Shown piece by piece: positions 49,438 to 58,300 of a stretch of 64,000 nt of DNA. Source of the DNA: Gammaproteobacteria bacterium (GTDB lineage: Bacteria; Pseudomonadota; Gammaproteobacteria; UBA4575); assembly GCA_965243395.1 (NCBI GenBank), contig CBDEUS010000002.1:672001-736000 (forward strand). The letters run 5' to 3'. The translations under genes and the position numbers were made by a program. The first letter of the stretch is position 1. Each line of letters begins with the position of its first letter. Under the pieces are notes generated by a model. That model searched no databases. It saw only the letters and a list, made by a program, of their open reading frames with translations, and was not told the origin of the DNA.

Positions 49438-50412
49438 TTATTGTTTAAAACGGCGATCTTGTTTTACACGATCGAGAATTAAATAAAGTTCACTAATGGT
49501 TTGTATGTAGTTTGCTTGGATTTCTTGAAGTACATCAAAGTAAGCAGCTGTTCCACTTCCCGTTACAACAATTTCAATACTATTGTTTAATTCTCGGCGT
49601 AGCTTGCGTAATTGATTTGGTAATAATGGATCATCAGCGGGTCGTGTTATACCAATCGCTACTAATTGTGCATCGCTTTGTTGTTGAGCAAAGATTATTT
49701 CGTCTACCGTTCCATACATACCTAAAAATATTGCATCCCAACCGTTTGATTTGCTAGCAGCAGCTAAGCGCAAGGCTGCAATATCACTTACAGGTCCCGC
49801 AGGTGAAGCGCAGATTAATTTATATTCAGATTCAACAAAGGGTTCATTCATAACCAAGTTTGAGAGAAATGCCCGTATAGAATAAATAGCTATTGCATAA
49901 TGAGTATCACGTAAGGCGCCGCGGCGACATTCGTCCTGAATGTGCGAAACCAGTGGTCGTAGCAAGTCTTCTAATAAAAAAATAATGCCTAACGATTTTG
50001 ATGCATCGCTAAGCGAATGATAAATGTCGTAACTATTGAACCGTTGTACTGCATCTAAACAGTCATCGAAATATTCCATCACGGATCCCGTGCTGGGACG
50101 CTGTTCTATTTTTGCGAGTGGTAAACGCGCTGCTGCGGATTCATCTTTATCAACTAACTCACGAAGTTTATCCATGGGTAAACTCGCAACATCGCCAATT
50201 CGACGCCCTGCTGAGGTCGCGCGCCGCAGCATAATAAGTTTTTCAACGTCACTATCGCTATACAATCTTCGAGCGTTACTGGCTCTTTCTGGTGTGACTA
50301 CTCCATAACGACGTTCCCACACACGTATGACATCCGCCGTAAGTCCGGTACGTCTGGCGACTACTTGAATGGGGTGCTCATGCACTAAAACGTTTGTCTG
50401 TTTGCCTGCCAC
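49438..50412 (-). CDS. MerR-family regulator with degenerate cobalamin-binding domains (CarH/LitR-like)
   Basis: MerR HTH (IRVWERRYGVVTPER…RLYS), then a four-helix bundle and a Rossmann-like domain (ICASPAG…IFLG). Confidence 0.82.
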   Translation of the reverse strand: MAGKQTNVLVHEHPIQVVARRTGLTADVIRVWERRYGVVTPERASNARRLYSDSDVEKLIMLRRATSAGRRIGDVASLPMDKLRELVDKDESAAARLPLAKIEQRPSTGSVMEYFDDCLDAVQRFNSYDIYHSLSDASKSLGIIFLLEDLLRPLVSHIQDECRRGALRDTHYAIAIYSIRAFLSNLVMNEPFVESEYKLICASPAGPVSDIAALRLAAASKSNGWDAIFLGMYGTVDEIIFAQQQSDAQLVAIGITRPADDPLLPNQLRKLRRELNNSIEIVVTGSGTAAYFDVLQEIQANYIQTISELYLILDRVKQDRRFKQ

Positions 50413-50419
50413 GTTAATC

Positions 50420-50505
50420 TGTCATAGTTATGTCTAGCTTATTGTACCAATTTTGTCTGTTTAATAAAACATATCTAGGGCATCGTCATAGCTTTGTATT
50501 AGACA
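50420..50505. promoter_or_regulatory. Tandem ~11-bp direct repeats, CarH-type operator candidate
   Basis: TGT-led units at 50420, 50431, 50443 and 50454, plus CGT/TGT at 50484 and 50495 (e.g. TGTCATAGTTA, TGTCTAGCTTA). Confidence 0.5.
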
Positions 50506-50532
50506 AATACCGGTCATATGAGAGGTAGCTGC

Positions 50533-50562
50533 TTGTGTCGTGGAGACCTTGGGTGCTATATT
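50533..50562 (+). promoter_or_regulatory. Putative sigma70 promoter for the monooxygenase
   Basis: TTGTGT-N18-TATATT with an extended -10 TG at 50554. Confidence 0.4.
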
Positions 50563-50568
50563 TATGTC

Positions 50569-50689
50569 ATCGAAAGATCTTTATGCAAACCAAATATCCC
50601 CCATGATTTTGGTTTGTTAGGAAACAGGTATGTATATCTAGCCTATAGTCTGGATTGATACTTGTCGCAACCGTTAGGTTTTACCTGAC
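50569..50689 (+). other. Structured 5' leader with four predicted hairpins
   Basis: ATC-GAAA-GAT; GCAAACCAAA/TTTGGTTTGT; ACAGGTAT…ATCTAG/CTGGAT…ATACTTGT; GTTAGGT/ACCTGAC. The three longer stems use G-U pairs on the + strand. Confidence 0.45.
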
Positions 50690-50706
50690 ATGAACTAGGA
50701 GCGAAC

Positions 50707-51855
50707 ATGAAGAAACTATTAATCAACGCGCGCTATTTTTTAGCCCCGTTTTTAATATTAGCGAGTTTATTCGGTGTATTAGCGGGGGGTCCATGGGTAT
50801 GGACCGGCGTATTACTACTGGGACTGGGTATCATCATAGACACCCTGACAACAGCACAAACACCCGGCGCGGGATTTGACGAAAACGGCGACACCAACGG
50901 CATCGTGCCCTTACTGAATGGCACCATGTACGGCATGCTGGCGGTATTTGTCCTTTTGCAACTGGCCCTTGCCTGGCGCATCTGGCAATACACCAACGGC
51001 GTCCCTGTTGTACCGGGGGGTGAAACCATCCTGGGCCTTGCGGTTCAAGACGGCATCACCGGCAGCCAACTTGTAGGCGCAGTACTATCCACCGGCATCT
51101 TTGCCGGCATCGGCATCATCTACGGACACGAACTGGCGCACACCAAAGGCTTCAGCTTCGTGATTGCGCGCTGGATGATGGCATTAAGTGGCAAAGCCCA
51201 CTTCTGCTACGCGCACGTATACAACCACCACCTAGAACTCGGTCACCAAGACGACCCAGCGACCGCGCCACGCGGGCGCAGCATGTACGCCCACTACCCA
51301 CTATCCGGGTTGGGGCAAAGCAAATTCCTCTTCATGATGGAAAAACAACGTCTTGAAAGACTAGGAGTACCCTTCCTATCCTGGCAAAACCGCTGGATCC
51401 GAGGCTACTTCATGGCATTGCCAACCGTACTTCTGTTCTGGTTCGTAGGCGGCTGGCTTGGCATGCTCTGCTTAGCGGGCGTATGGCTGATCTCCAACTT
51501 CGAACTCGAAGTCCTCAACTACCTTGAGCACTACGGATTGATTCGCGAGAAAGGCCAACCGATTGACTACCGTCATAGCTGGGACAACTCCACCGCGTTT
51601 ACCAGCTGGTTCTTTATCGAGATTGGTCGCCAGGCCGACCATCACGATCGCGGCGAGACCCACTTTTGGGAACTCGACGAAGTGGGTGCACCGAACTGCG
51701 GACGCGGCTACTTCACCCTGTTTGCATTAGGCTTATTGCCACCGGTGTTTCATGCCTACATGAAGCAACAGTTGGCGAAGTGGGATGACGAGATGGCCTC
51801 TGAGGGCGAACTTAAGATCGCGGATCAGATGAATAAACAGGCCGGGTACGCTTAA
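50707..51855 (+). CDS. AlkB/XylM-family integral-membrane non-heme di-iron monooxygenase
   Basis: HELAH, HVYNHH, NYLEHYG and RQADHH boxes, TM segments, XylM-like C-terminus; AGGAG RBS. Confidence 0.88.
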   Translation: MKKLLINARYFLAPFLILASLFGVLAGGPWVWTGVLLLGLGIIIDTLTTAQTPGAGFDENGDTNGIVPLLNGTMYGMLAVFVLLQLALAWRIWQYTNGVPVVPGGETILGLAVQDGITGSQLVGAVLSTGIFAGIGIIYGHELAHTKGFSFVIARWMMALSGKAHFCYAHVYNHHLELGHQDDPATAPRGRSMYAHYPLSGLGQSKFLFMMEKQRLERLGVPFLSWQNRWIRGYFMALPTVLLFWFVGGWLGMLCLAGVWLISNFELEVLNYLEHYGLIREKGQPIDYRHSWDNSTAFTSWFFIEIGRQADHHDRGETHFWELDEVGAPNCGRGYFTLFALGLLPPVFHAYMKQQLAKWDDEMASEGELKIADQMNKQAGYA

Positions 51856-51880
51856 AGAATCGTACTTTTTCATCTAATTT

Positions 51881-51918
51881 AAAAACCCCTGACTCCTTGT
51901 GAGACGGGGGTTTTTTTT
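51881..51918 (+). terminator. Intrinsic terminator
   Basis: AAAAACCCCTG…CGGGGG followed by T8. Confidence 0.8.
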
Positions 51919-51965
51919 GCATTTAATCTTTCCAAAAACTAATAAATCTATATTAAGCTCTTTCA

Positions 51966-52691
51966 ATGGTTGAAAAGTTTGATCCCCAAAAAAATATGAC
52001 TAGGCAAGAATCATTAACTGATTCAGTAAGTTCGTTACAGTCGGGAGATGAACGTGCGTGGTTTGAAAATGAGCTTATAAAATTTCAACAACAATTACGT
52101 GATTTACCAAATCAGGCGAGTAACCTTGAACGTGCCAAACTTGAACTTGAGATAGCTGAAGTATTTATCGGCTTAAATCGTTTAAATGATGCGTGGGAAA
52201 GTGCACGACCACTTGTTGAAATATTTATTGTCGAGCAAGAATTCGAATTTGCTGTGCGAACGTGTCGAGTGCTATATCAAGCTAACCATGAATTATCGAT
52301 CGCTGCATTGGGACAGGGATGTTGGTTAGCGGTAACGTATCCAATAAATCCAACTTTATCAATTGAGATGTTGCATAACATTGTCGATGAAACTCCTGAC
52401 AATTCTGACGGTGCTGCTGTTGCTGCGATGGCAGCACAATACATTGCTGATATGCGTGGTGCAGAAGATCGTGAAAATTTAATGTTTCTTACCACTCAAA
52501 TTGTAGCTAAGGTTGCTAAACGTCATCGAAATATTGAGGATGAAGAATCTATCAAAATATGGATTGAGATTTTAGAACTCAATGATACGGACCAGTTATT
52601 CACACGCTTAGCAAAAGTTATTGACGCCATAACAGCAGATAACTGGTGGTTTAACCGAGACGAACTTCGAGCGCAATTACCTGTTAATTAA
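51966..52691 (+). CDS. Hypothetical alpha-helical protein
   Basis: 241-aa ORF with helical composition. No recognised family. Confidence 0.72.
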   Translation: MVEKFDPQKNMTRQESLTDSVSSLQSGDERAWFENELIKFQQQLRDLPNQASNLERAKLELEIAEVFIGLNRLNDAWESARPLVEIFIVEQEFEFAVRTCRVLYQANHELSIAALGQGCWLAVTYPINPTLSIEMLHNIVDETPDNSDGAAVAAMAAQYIADMRGAEDRENLMFLTTQIVAKVAKRHRNIEDEESIKIWIEILELNDTDQLFTRLAKVIDAITADNWWFNRDELRAQLPVN

Positions 52692-52707
52692 GGAAAAATT
52701 ACCTACT

Positions 52708-52732
52708 TGTGACCCAGGTCGCATTTTTTTTT
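52708..52732 (+). promoter_or_regulatory. CRP/Vfr-like site and/or terminator hairpin upstream of the pilin cluster
   Basis: TGTGA-CCCAGG-TCGCA (one mismatch to TGTGA-N6-TCACA) followed by T9. Confidence 0.5.
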
Positions 52733-52855
52733 CCACTAGTCCACTAATCCCCTCCATTTACGCAAATTCGGCGGTTTTTACTGCGAATTTATAGCTATAT
52801 CTCATTATTGAGAGAGCGATTTCTGTACATTAATCGCACTGAGAGTTGGACTTTT

Positions 52856-53410
52856 ATGGAGAGCGTGGTGAGCAGACCAGCACAAGAGGTTGGCTTCACC
52901 CTAATTGAGTTAATGATTGTCGTGGTAATCGTGGCAATTTTTGTAACTGTGGGTGTGCCAAATTTTCGAAACTTGATAAGTGATAATCGCTTAGCAACAC
53001 AAGCGAATCGCCTTGTATCGTCTTTGCAATTGGCGCGTTCTGAAGCTCTTAAGTTACGAACTCCTGTTTCTGTATGTCGTTCAACGAATGGCTCTTCATG
53101 TGCAGGGGCTGGAAATTGGGAAACAGGTTGGTTGGTTTTTGTAGATACAAATGGCAACGGTGACGTTGATGGGGAACGAATTTTGTTAGCTAACGCTGCG
53201 CTGAGTGGCAGTAACACACTTCGTGCTACAGCTGCCCCCTTTACAGATTTCATAAATTATCAACCGAATGGTTTGCAAAGCACAACCAATATTGCCACGT
53301 ACAGAATTTGTGATGGAAACAATCCTGATGTTGATCAAGGTCGGCAAATAACAGTTTCAACTACAGGGCGAGTTCAGACAGATCGCGGTGGTTTAGCCGC
53401 TTGTCCTTAA
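52856..53410 (+). CDS. fimT: FimT/FimU (GspH-like) minor pilin
   Basis: G|FTLIELM prepilin site, ARSEA and GWLVF. ATG 52856 is the likely start. Confidence 0.88.
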   Translation: MESVVSRPAQEVGFTLIELMIVVVIVAIFVTVGVPNFRNLISDNRLATQANRLVSSLQLARSEALKLRTPVSVCRSTNGSSCAGAGNWETGWLVFVDTNGNGDVDGERILLANAALSGSNTLRATAAPFTDFINYQPNGLQSTTNIATYRICDGNNPDVDQGRQITVSTTGRVQTDRGGLAACP

Positions 53411-53430
53411 GTTAATAAGGCAAATATTTT

Positions 53431-54042
53431 ATGAATAACAGTGTAAAAACTTTTACCAAGCCACAACATAAAAAATTTATGTCTGGGTTATCTTTAATTG
53501 AGATATTAGTAACGGTAGTTGTGTTGTCAATTGGTTTGTTGGGCATAGCGGGAATGCAGGCATTTGGTATGCGTTACAGTCATGATTCTTATGCACGTAG
53601 TCAAGCAACTATGTTAGCGAACGAATTAATTGAACGTATGCATGCTAATCCAGATGCAGTCGCAAATGGTGATTACGATGATGCAGATAACAATGCTGCA
53701 ATTAATTGTAATAGCGTAACGAATGATCCTGCACATGTATCCAATCCAGCACCTGCGTGTATGGGTACAGAGGTTTGTACTGTTACGGAATTAGCACAAC
53801 TCGATGTGTTTAGAGCAAAGTGTGGACAATTCTTGGCTGGACCTGGTGCACTTGTTGGTGGCGCAGCAAATTTATTACCAAATGGAAATCTAGCAATAAC
53901 ATGTACAGATTCCAGCGTAGGTGTTGCACCCGCATGCGAAGGGGATAACACACGTACTGTTACCGTTAGTTGGCAAGATCCAGATCAAAAGGGTGACGCA
54001 ACACAGACGTTGCAAGTTCAAGTTAATGCGAGATTCCTATAA
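53431..54042 (+). CDS. pilV: Type IV minor pilin PilV
   Basis: G|LSLIEILV, GLLGIAGMQ, RSQATMLA and ERMHAN. Confidence 0.9.
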   Translation: MNNSVKTFTKPQHKKFMSGLSLIEILVTVVVLSIGLLGIAGMQAFGMRYSHDSYARSQATMLANELIERMHANPDAVANGDYDDADNNAAINCNSVTNDPAHVSNPAPACMGTEVCTVTELAQLDVFRAKCGQFLAGPGALVGGAANLLPNGNLAITCTDSSVGVAPACEGDNTRTVTVSWQDPDQKGDATQTLQVQVNARFL

Positions 54043-54044
54043 AT

Positions 54045-54800
54045 ATGAATAATGTAAATATACATAAGCAATTTGGTCTCTCAATTGTTGAATTGATGAT
54101 CGCATTAGCATTGTCATTAGTTGTAATGCTAATCACGACAAGTATCTATGTAAGCAATAAACAAACGTATCGATTTTTGGACCAATATAGTCTGCTACAG
54201 GAAAATGGACGTTTTGCAATTTTCTTTTTACGTGAGCATATTTTACAGGCTGGTTTTCCACGCCAGTCAAATGTAAATCCGTTTCCAGTTGTGCCGGGTA
54301 ACAATACAGGTACAAACGGAAGTGACACGATAACAGTGCAATTTAGATCTGCTGTAGATTGTTTAAATGATGTACCTGCTGGTGCATTACCGTTGAGACT
54401 TACTCAGAACACGTTTCAGTTAAGTGCAAATAATGAATTGACATGCAATGGAAATGGCCTTGTGGGTGGCGTAGACCAACCTGCGCAAGCTTTAGTTGAT
54501 GGAATTGTAAATTTACAAGCTGAATACGGTGTGGATACGGATGCAGATGGAATTGCGAACAGCTATGCAAATTCTACTGTTGTTGAAGCTGGAACAATTG
54601 GGGGTGCCGGTCCGGATTGGGACAATGTCGTTTCTATACGTGTTGCTGTGCTGGTTGAAGGCGAGCCAAATACTTTAGATCAACCTCAAGCGATAACTTA
54701 TAACTTATTAGGCGTTCCAGACGCGTATAACGATCGCACACCAAGGCGTGTTTTCACAACAACCATTCCTTTGCGTAATCGCAATAAGACAATTATTTAG
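54045..54800 (+). CDS. pilW: Type IV minor pilin PilW
   Basis: G|LSIVELMIA, LQENGRFA, YGVDTDADG and FTTTIPLRN. Confidence 0.9.
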   Translation: MNNVNIHKQFGLSIVELMIALALSLVVMLITTSIYVSNKQTYRFLDQYSLLQENGRFAIFFLREHILQAGFPRQSNVNPFPVVPGNNTGTNGSDTITVQFRSAVDCLNDVPAGALPLRLTQNTFQLSANNELTCNGNGLVGGVDQPAQALVDGIVNLQAEYGVDTDADGIANSYANSTVVEAGTIGGAGPDWDNVVSIRVAVLVEGEPNTLDQPQAITYNLLGVPDAYNDRTPRRVFTTTIPLRNRNKTII

Positions 54801-55325
54801 GTGGTAATCATGTTGAATTCAATTAGTAAACAAAATGGTGTTGTTTTAGTTGTTGGTTTGTTGATGTTGCTTGTCATTACGATCGTTGGTGTAACGGCAA
54901 TGAGTGACACCACGATGAATGAAAGAATGACATCAAATCATCAGTTTCAAACTTTAAGTTTTCAAGCTGCAGAATCGGCCATTCACGATAATTTTAACAT
55001 ACCATCGGTTTCACCATCTGTTACCGCAGTGAATTGGTTTATTGATCCTGCACCAACAAACTATAACGTAGATATCAAGAGTGGTACTCCGTTAGGTGTA
55101 CAAGCAGACGCCAGCATTCAATTTTGTGGTGAAGAATTACCTATGGGTTCAGGTTTTTGCAATGGTCTTTCAGCTGGTTGTGATATCGACCAGGTTTTTG
55201 ATGTTACGGGTGAAGGGCAAGTGAGTGCGCTCGGCACTCAAGAGCAACATTTACGTAGGGGAGCACGTGCCATGCTTAGTGCAGGGTTAGCATTTGATAC
55301 AACGAAATGTGATCAGGTGCCATAA
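54801..55325 (+). CDS. pilX: Type IV minor pilin PilX
   Basis: QNG|VVLVVGL (no Glu5), ERM..N and FQAAESA. Confidence 0.88.
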   Translation: MVIMLNSISKQNGVVLVVGLLMLLVITIVGVTAMSDTTMNERMTSNHQFQTLSFQAAESAIHDNFNIPSVSPSVTAVNWFIDPAPTNYNVDIKSGTPLGVQADASIQFCGEELPMGSGFCNGLSAGCDIDQVFDVTGEGQVSALGTQEQHLRRGARAMLSAGLAFDTTKCDQVP

Positions 55326-55346
55326 ATCAAATAAAAGGATTTTTTT

Positions 55347-58300
55347 ATGATATTTATTAATGAGAGTTGGAATTTTATGAAAACGTTAACACAGAAAGTT
55401 AGTTTGCTTGCGTTTGTAAGCACAATTGTATTTATTAGTGGTTTTACAAACGTCTTTGCAGAAGACATAGAGATTTATGATCGCATTCAAACAGAACCTA
55501 ATGTTCTGTTTATTCTCGATCAATCTGAAAGTATGTTAGAGCTTGTTGGAAGCACAGGCTTAACTCGTGATCAAATTGTTAAGCAGGCATTTCAACAAGT
55601 CATGAGCCAAACATACAACAACCTTAATGTAGGGTTTATGGATTATGGTCGCAATAATGGTGCAGGTGTAGATCTTCCCGTTGCAGATGTTAACGAGCTT
55701 GCAAGAAATATTGAACCTAATGTTGTGAGCACTACCGAGACTTATGCATCAATGTTAAGTCGGTTTGTTGCAAATGTAGAAGGCCCTCAACCCAATGCAA
55801 AAACGGCAACTGTCGAAGCACTATTGGAAGCTGCCAAGTATTATCGTGGAGAAATTCTAGACAATAAAAGCCAGGGTTACCAAGGTCCTCCAGGTATATG
55901 GAATGATGGTGACTCCGATTATTGGGATTCTGTTACTGGTTCCGGAAATTCTCACTGGCGTGCTGCGGGTCCTCGCACATACTCAGGTGGTAGTTGGCAA
56001 TCTTCAAGTACACCAGGGCCTTATGGACCAACTTGTAAAACGACAAACATAGCAGGAGTATCACTACCTGTTTGTACTAATCCTTGGCCAGGTAGTTGTT
56101 GGAATGTGCCTTATCAACCACCGGTAAATAATCCATTTGTTCCGAGTCACCCTCATGGTTCTAAATGTATTGACCCACCTGGATACGGGTGTTTATTGTG
56201 GAATGTGGATAACACGGAGTGTGTAACATCGGGCTGCTTGGGTGGTACTGAACCTGCGTATTACCATACCCACGCAGCATCTACTACGCCTGAAGTGCCT
56301 GCACATACACGATGTAAAGAAACAGGTACATCAACTAGTACTGGTTTTAATGGAGATCGTTTCTATATCTCTCCGATTCAAACTGCATGCACCGAAAACT
56401 TTATTGTTTTGCTATCCGATGGCGGGCCAACTATTCTTGGTAATCACGAACAAACCTCGATAAAAAATATAGCGGGTATTTCATCATGTGAAAACTTGTC
56501 AGCGGCTGGTTTTAATGATCCTTCAATTCAACAAAAAGGTGTTTGTGGACCTGACTTAGTGAAAGCTTTAGCGAATGACGACCAAGCTTCTGGCGTCACG
56601 GGTATACAGACTATTAATACCTACACCGTTGGCTTTGATTTAGGAGCGGGTGCTTCAGAGGCAAAAGATTACCTACAGAAGCTAGCAACAGATGGCAATG
56701 GGCAATTTTTTGATGCAAATGGTGCTGGCGGTGTATCGGGCTTAGTAAATATTTTCCAAAATATTTTCAATTCCATTACACAAAAACCACTTACTGTGGC
56801 GCGTGTCGGATCGACTATTGATGTGAGTACATTGTCATCCAGTCGTGATGAGTTATATGTGCCTACGTTTGCAGCAGCGCCCGGTCAACCACGATGGCCT
56901 GGTAACTTAAAAGGCTACACGATGGATCCTGCGGGTTTCTTGAAAGGTCTGGATAATAATCCGGCATTTACGACCGCAGGAGATTTTAATCCTTCATCAA
57001 GAAGTTATTGGTCTGCATCTGCAGACGGCGGTAGCATTGAAAGCGGTGGTGTTGCGAGTCGATTATATCCATCAGTTCGAAATTTATATACTGATGATGG
57101 ACCAGGAACGTCACGAAGCTTTGAAGATTTGATCGCATCTAACTTTGATGAAAACGATGTTGCATTGTTTGGTTTAGTGTCTACTGGTGATGATGATGAT
57201 GATGAAGACATGGTACAAGAACATGTTGAATGGGTTCGTGGTGTGGATGTAGATGATGAAAATTCCGATGGTAGTAGCACTGACTCAAGGAATTTCATTG
57301 GTGATGCATTGCATACCGATCCAGTAGTTGCGAACTACGACGGATCTAAAACAGATCCTGTTGTGGGGGGTTCAATTGATCGTGTCGTTTACTTCATGAC
57401 TAATGAAGGTTTTATCCATGCGATTAATGTTACAGGAAACACTGATACGACCGGAGGTACTGAGTTATTTGCTTATATGCCGAGTGACTTGTTACCTAAT
57501 ACGGATCTTTTACGTAGAGATGTGGGTGGAGGTGCAAAAGTATATGGATTAGACGGCCCATTAACGTTACATCAAGTAGGTGGTCTGACAAATGTTGCAG
57601 GCAAGAAATATTTGTATTTTGGAATGCGACGCGGTGGCATGAATTATTATGCAATGGATGTAACCGATCCGCTTTCACCATCACTCATGTGGGTTATTGA
57701 GGGTGGTACAGGCGACTTCAAAGAAATGGCTCAGTCTTGGTCTAAACCAATTGTTACTAATGTAGATGTTGGTGGAACCAAAACATTAGCACTCGTGTTT
57801 GGTGGAGGTTACGATACTACACAGGACTCTGCGACAACTTATACTGCGGACATTCAAGGCCGCGCAATTTATATAGTTGACGCAATAACTGGAGACAAAA
57901 TTTGGTCTGCAGGACCAAACACTCTAACGCCTAATAGTCCAGATACACACAATTTAGATTTGGCATTAGCAAATGGTATCGCTGGTGATGTATCAGTAAT
58001 TGATTTGGATAATGATACTTATGCGGACCGAATTTATTTTGGTGATATAGGCGGTTCAATCTGGCGTATCGATATTCAAGGTGATTTAAATGGTTTGCCT
58101 GGATTTTTAAATGATTATTCAGGTTATGAATTTGCTAATTTACATGGCAACTCTACGACTGATAATAGACGCTTCTTTGGCAGACCTATTGCAGCCTTGA
58201 CACAAAACGGAAAGCTTGCGGTATCAATTGGATCAGGACATCGGTCCCATCCATTGGATCCGAATGTGCAAGATCGTTTTTATACGCTATATGATCCTAA

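Noticed and set aside
50413-50706. Cobalamin riboswitch beside the B12-domain regulator
   Set aside because: No B12-box or conserved GGGAA…GCCACTG core is visible, so it is reported as an unknown structured leader instead.
52760-52790. Hairpin with GCAAA upstream of fimT as a c-di-GMP-I riboswitch
   Set aside because: It lacks the two-stem GGCAAAC…GNRA…GCAAAG architecture.
57189-57203. (GAT)5 microsatellite in pilY1 as a phase-variation tract
   Set aside because: It is a short in-frame triplet encoding poly-Asp, so slippage would not cause a frameshift.
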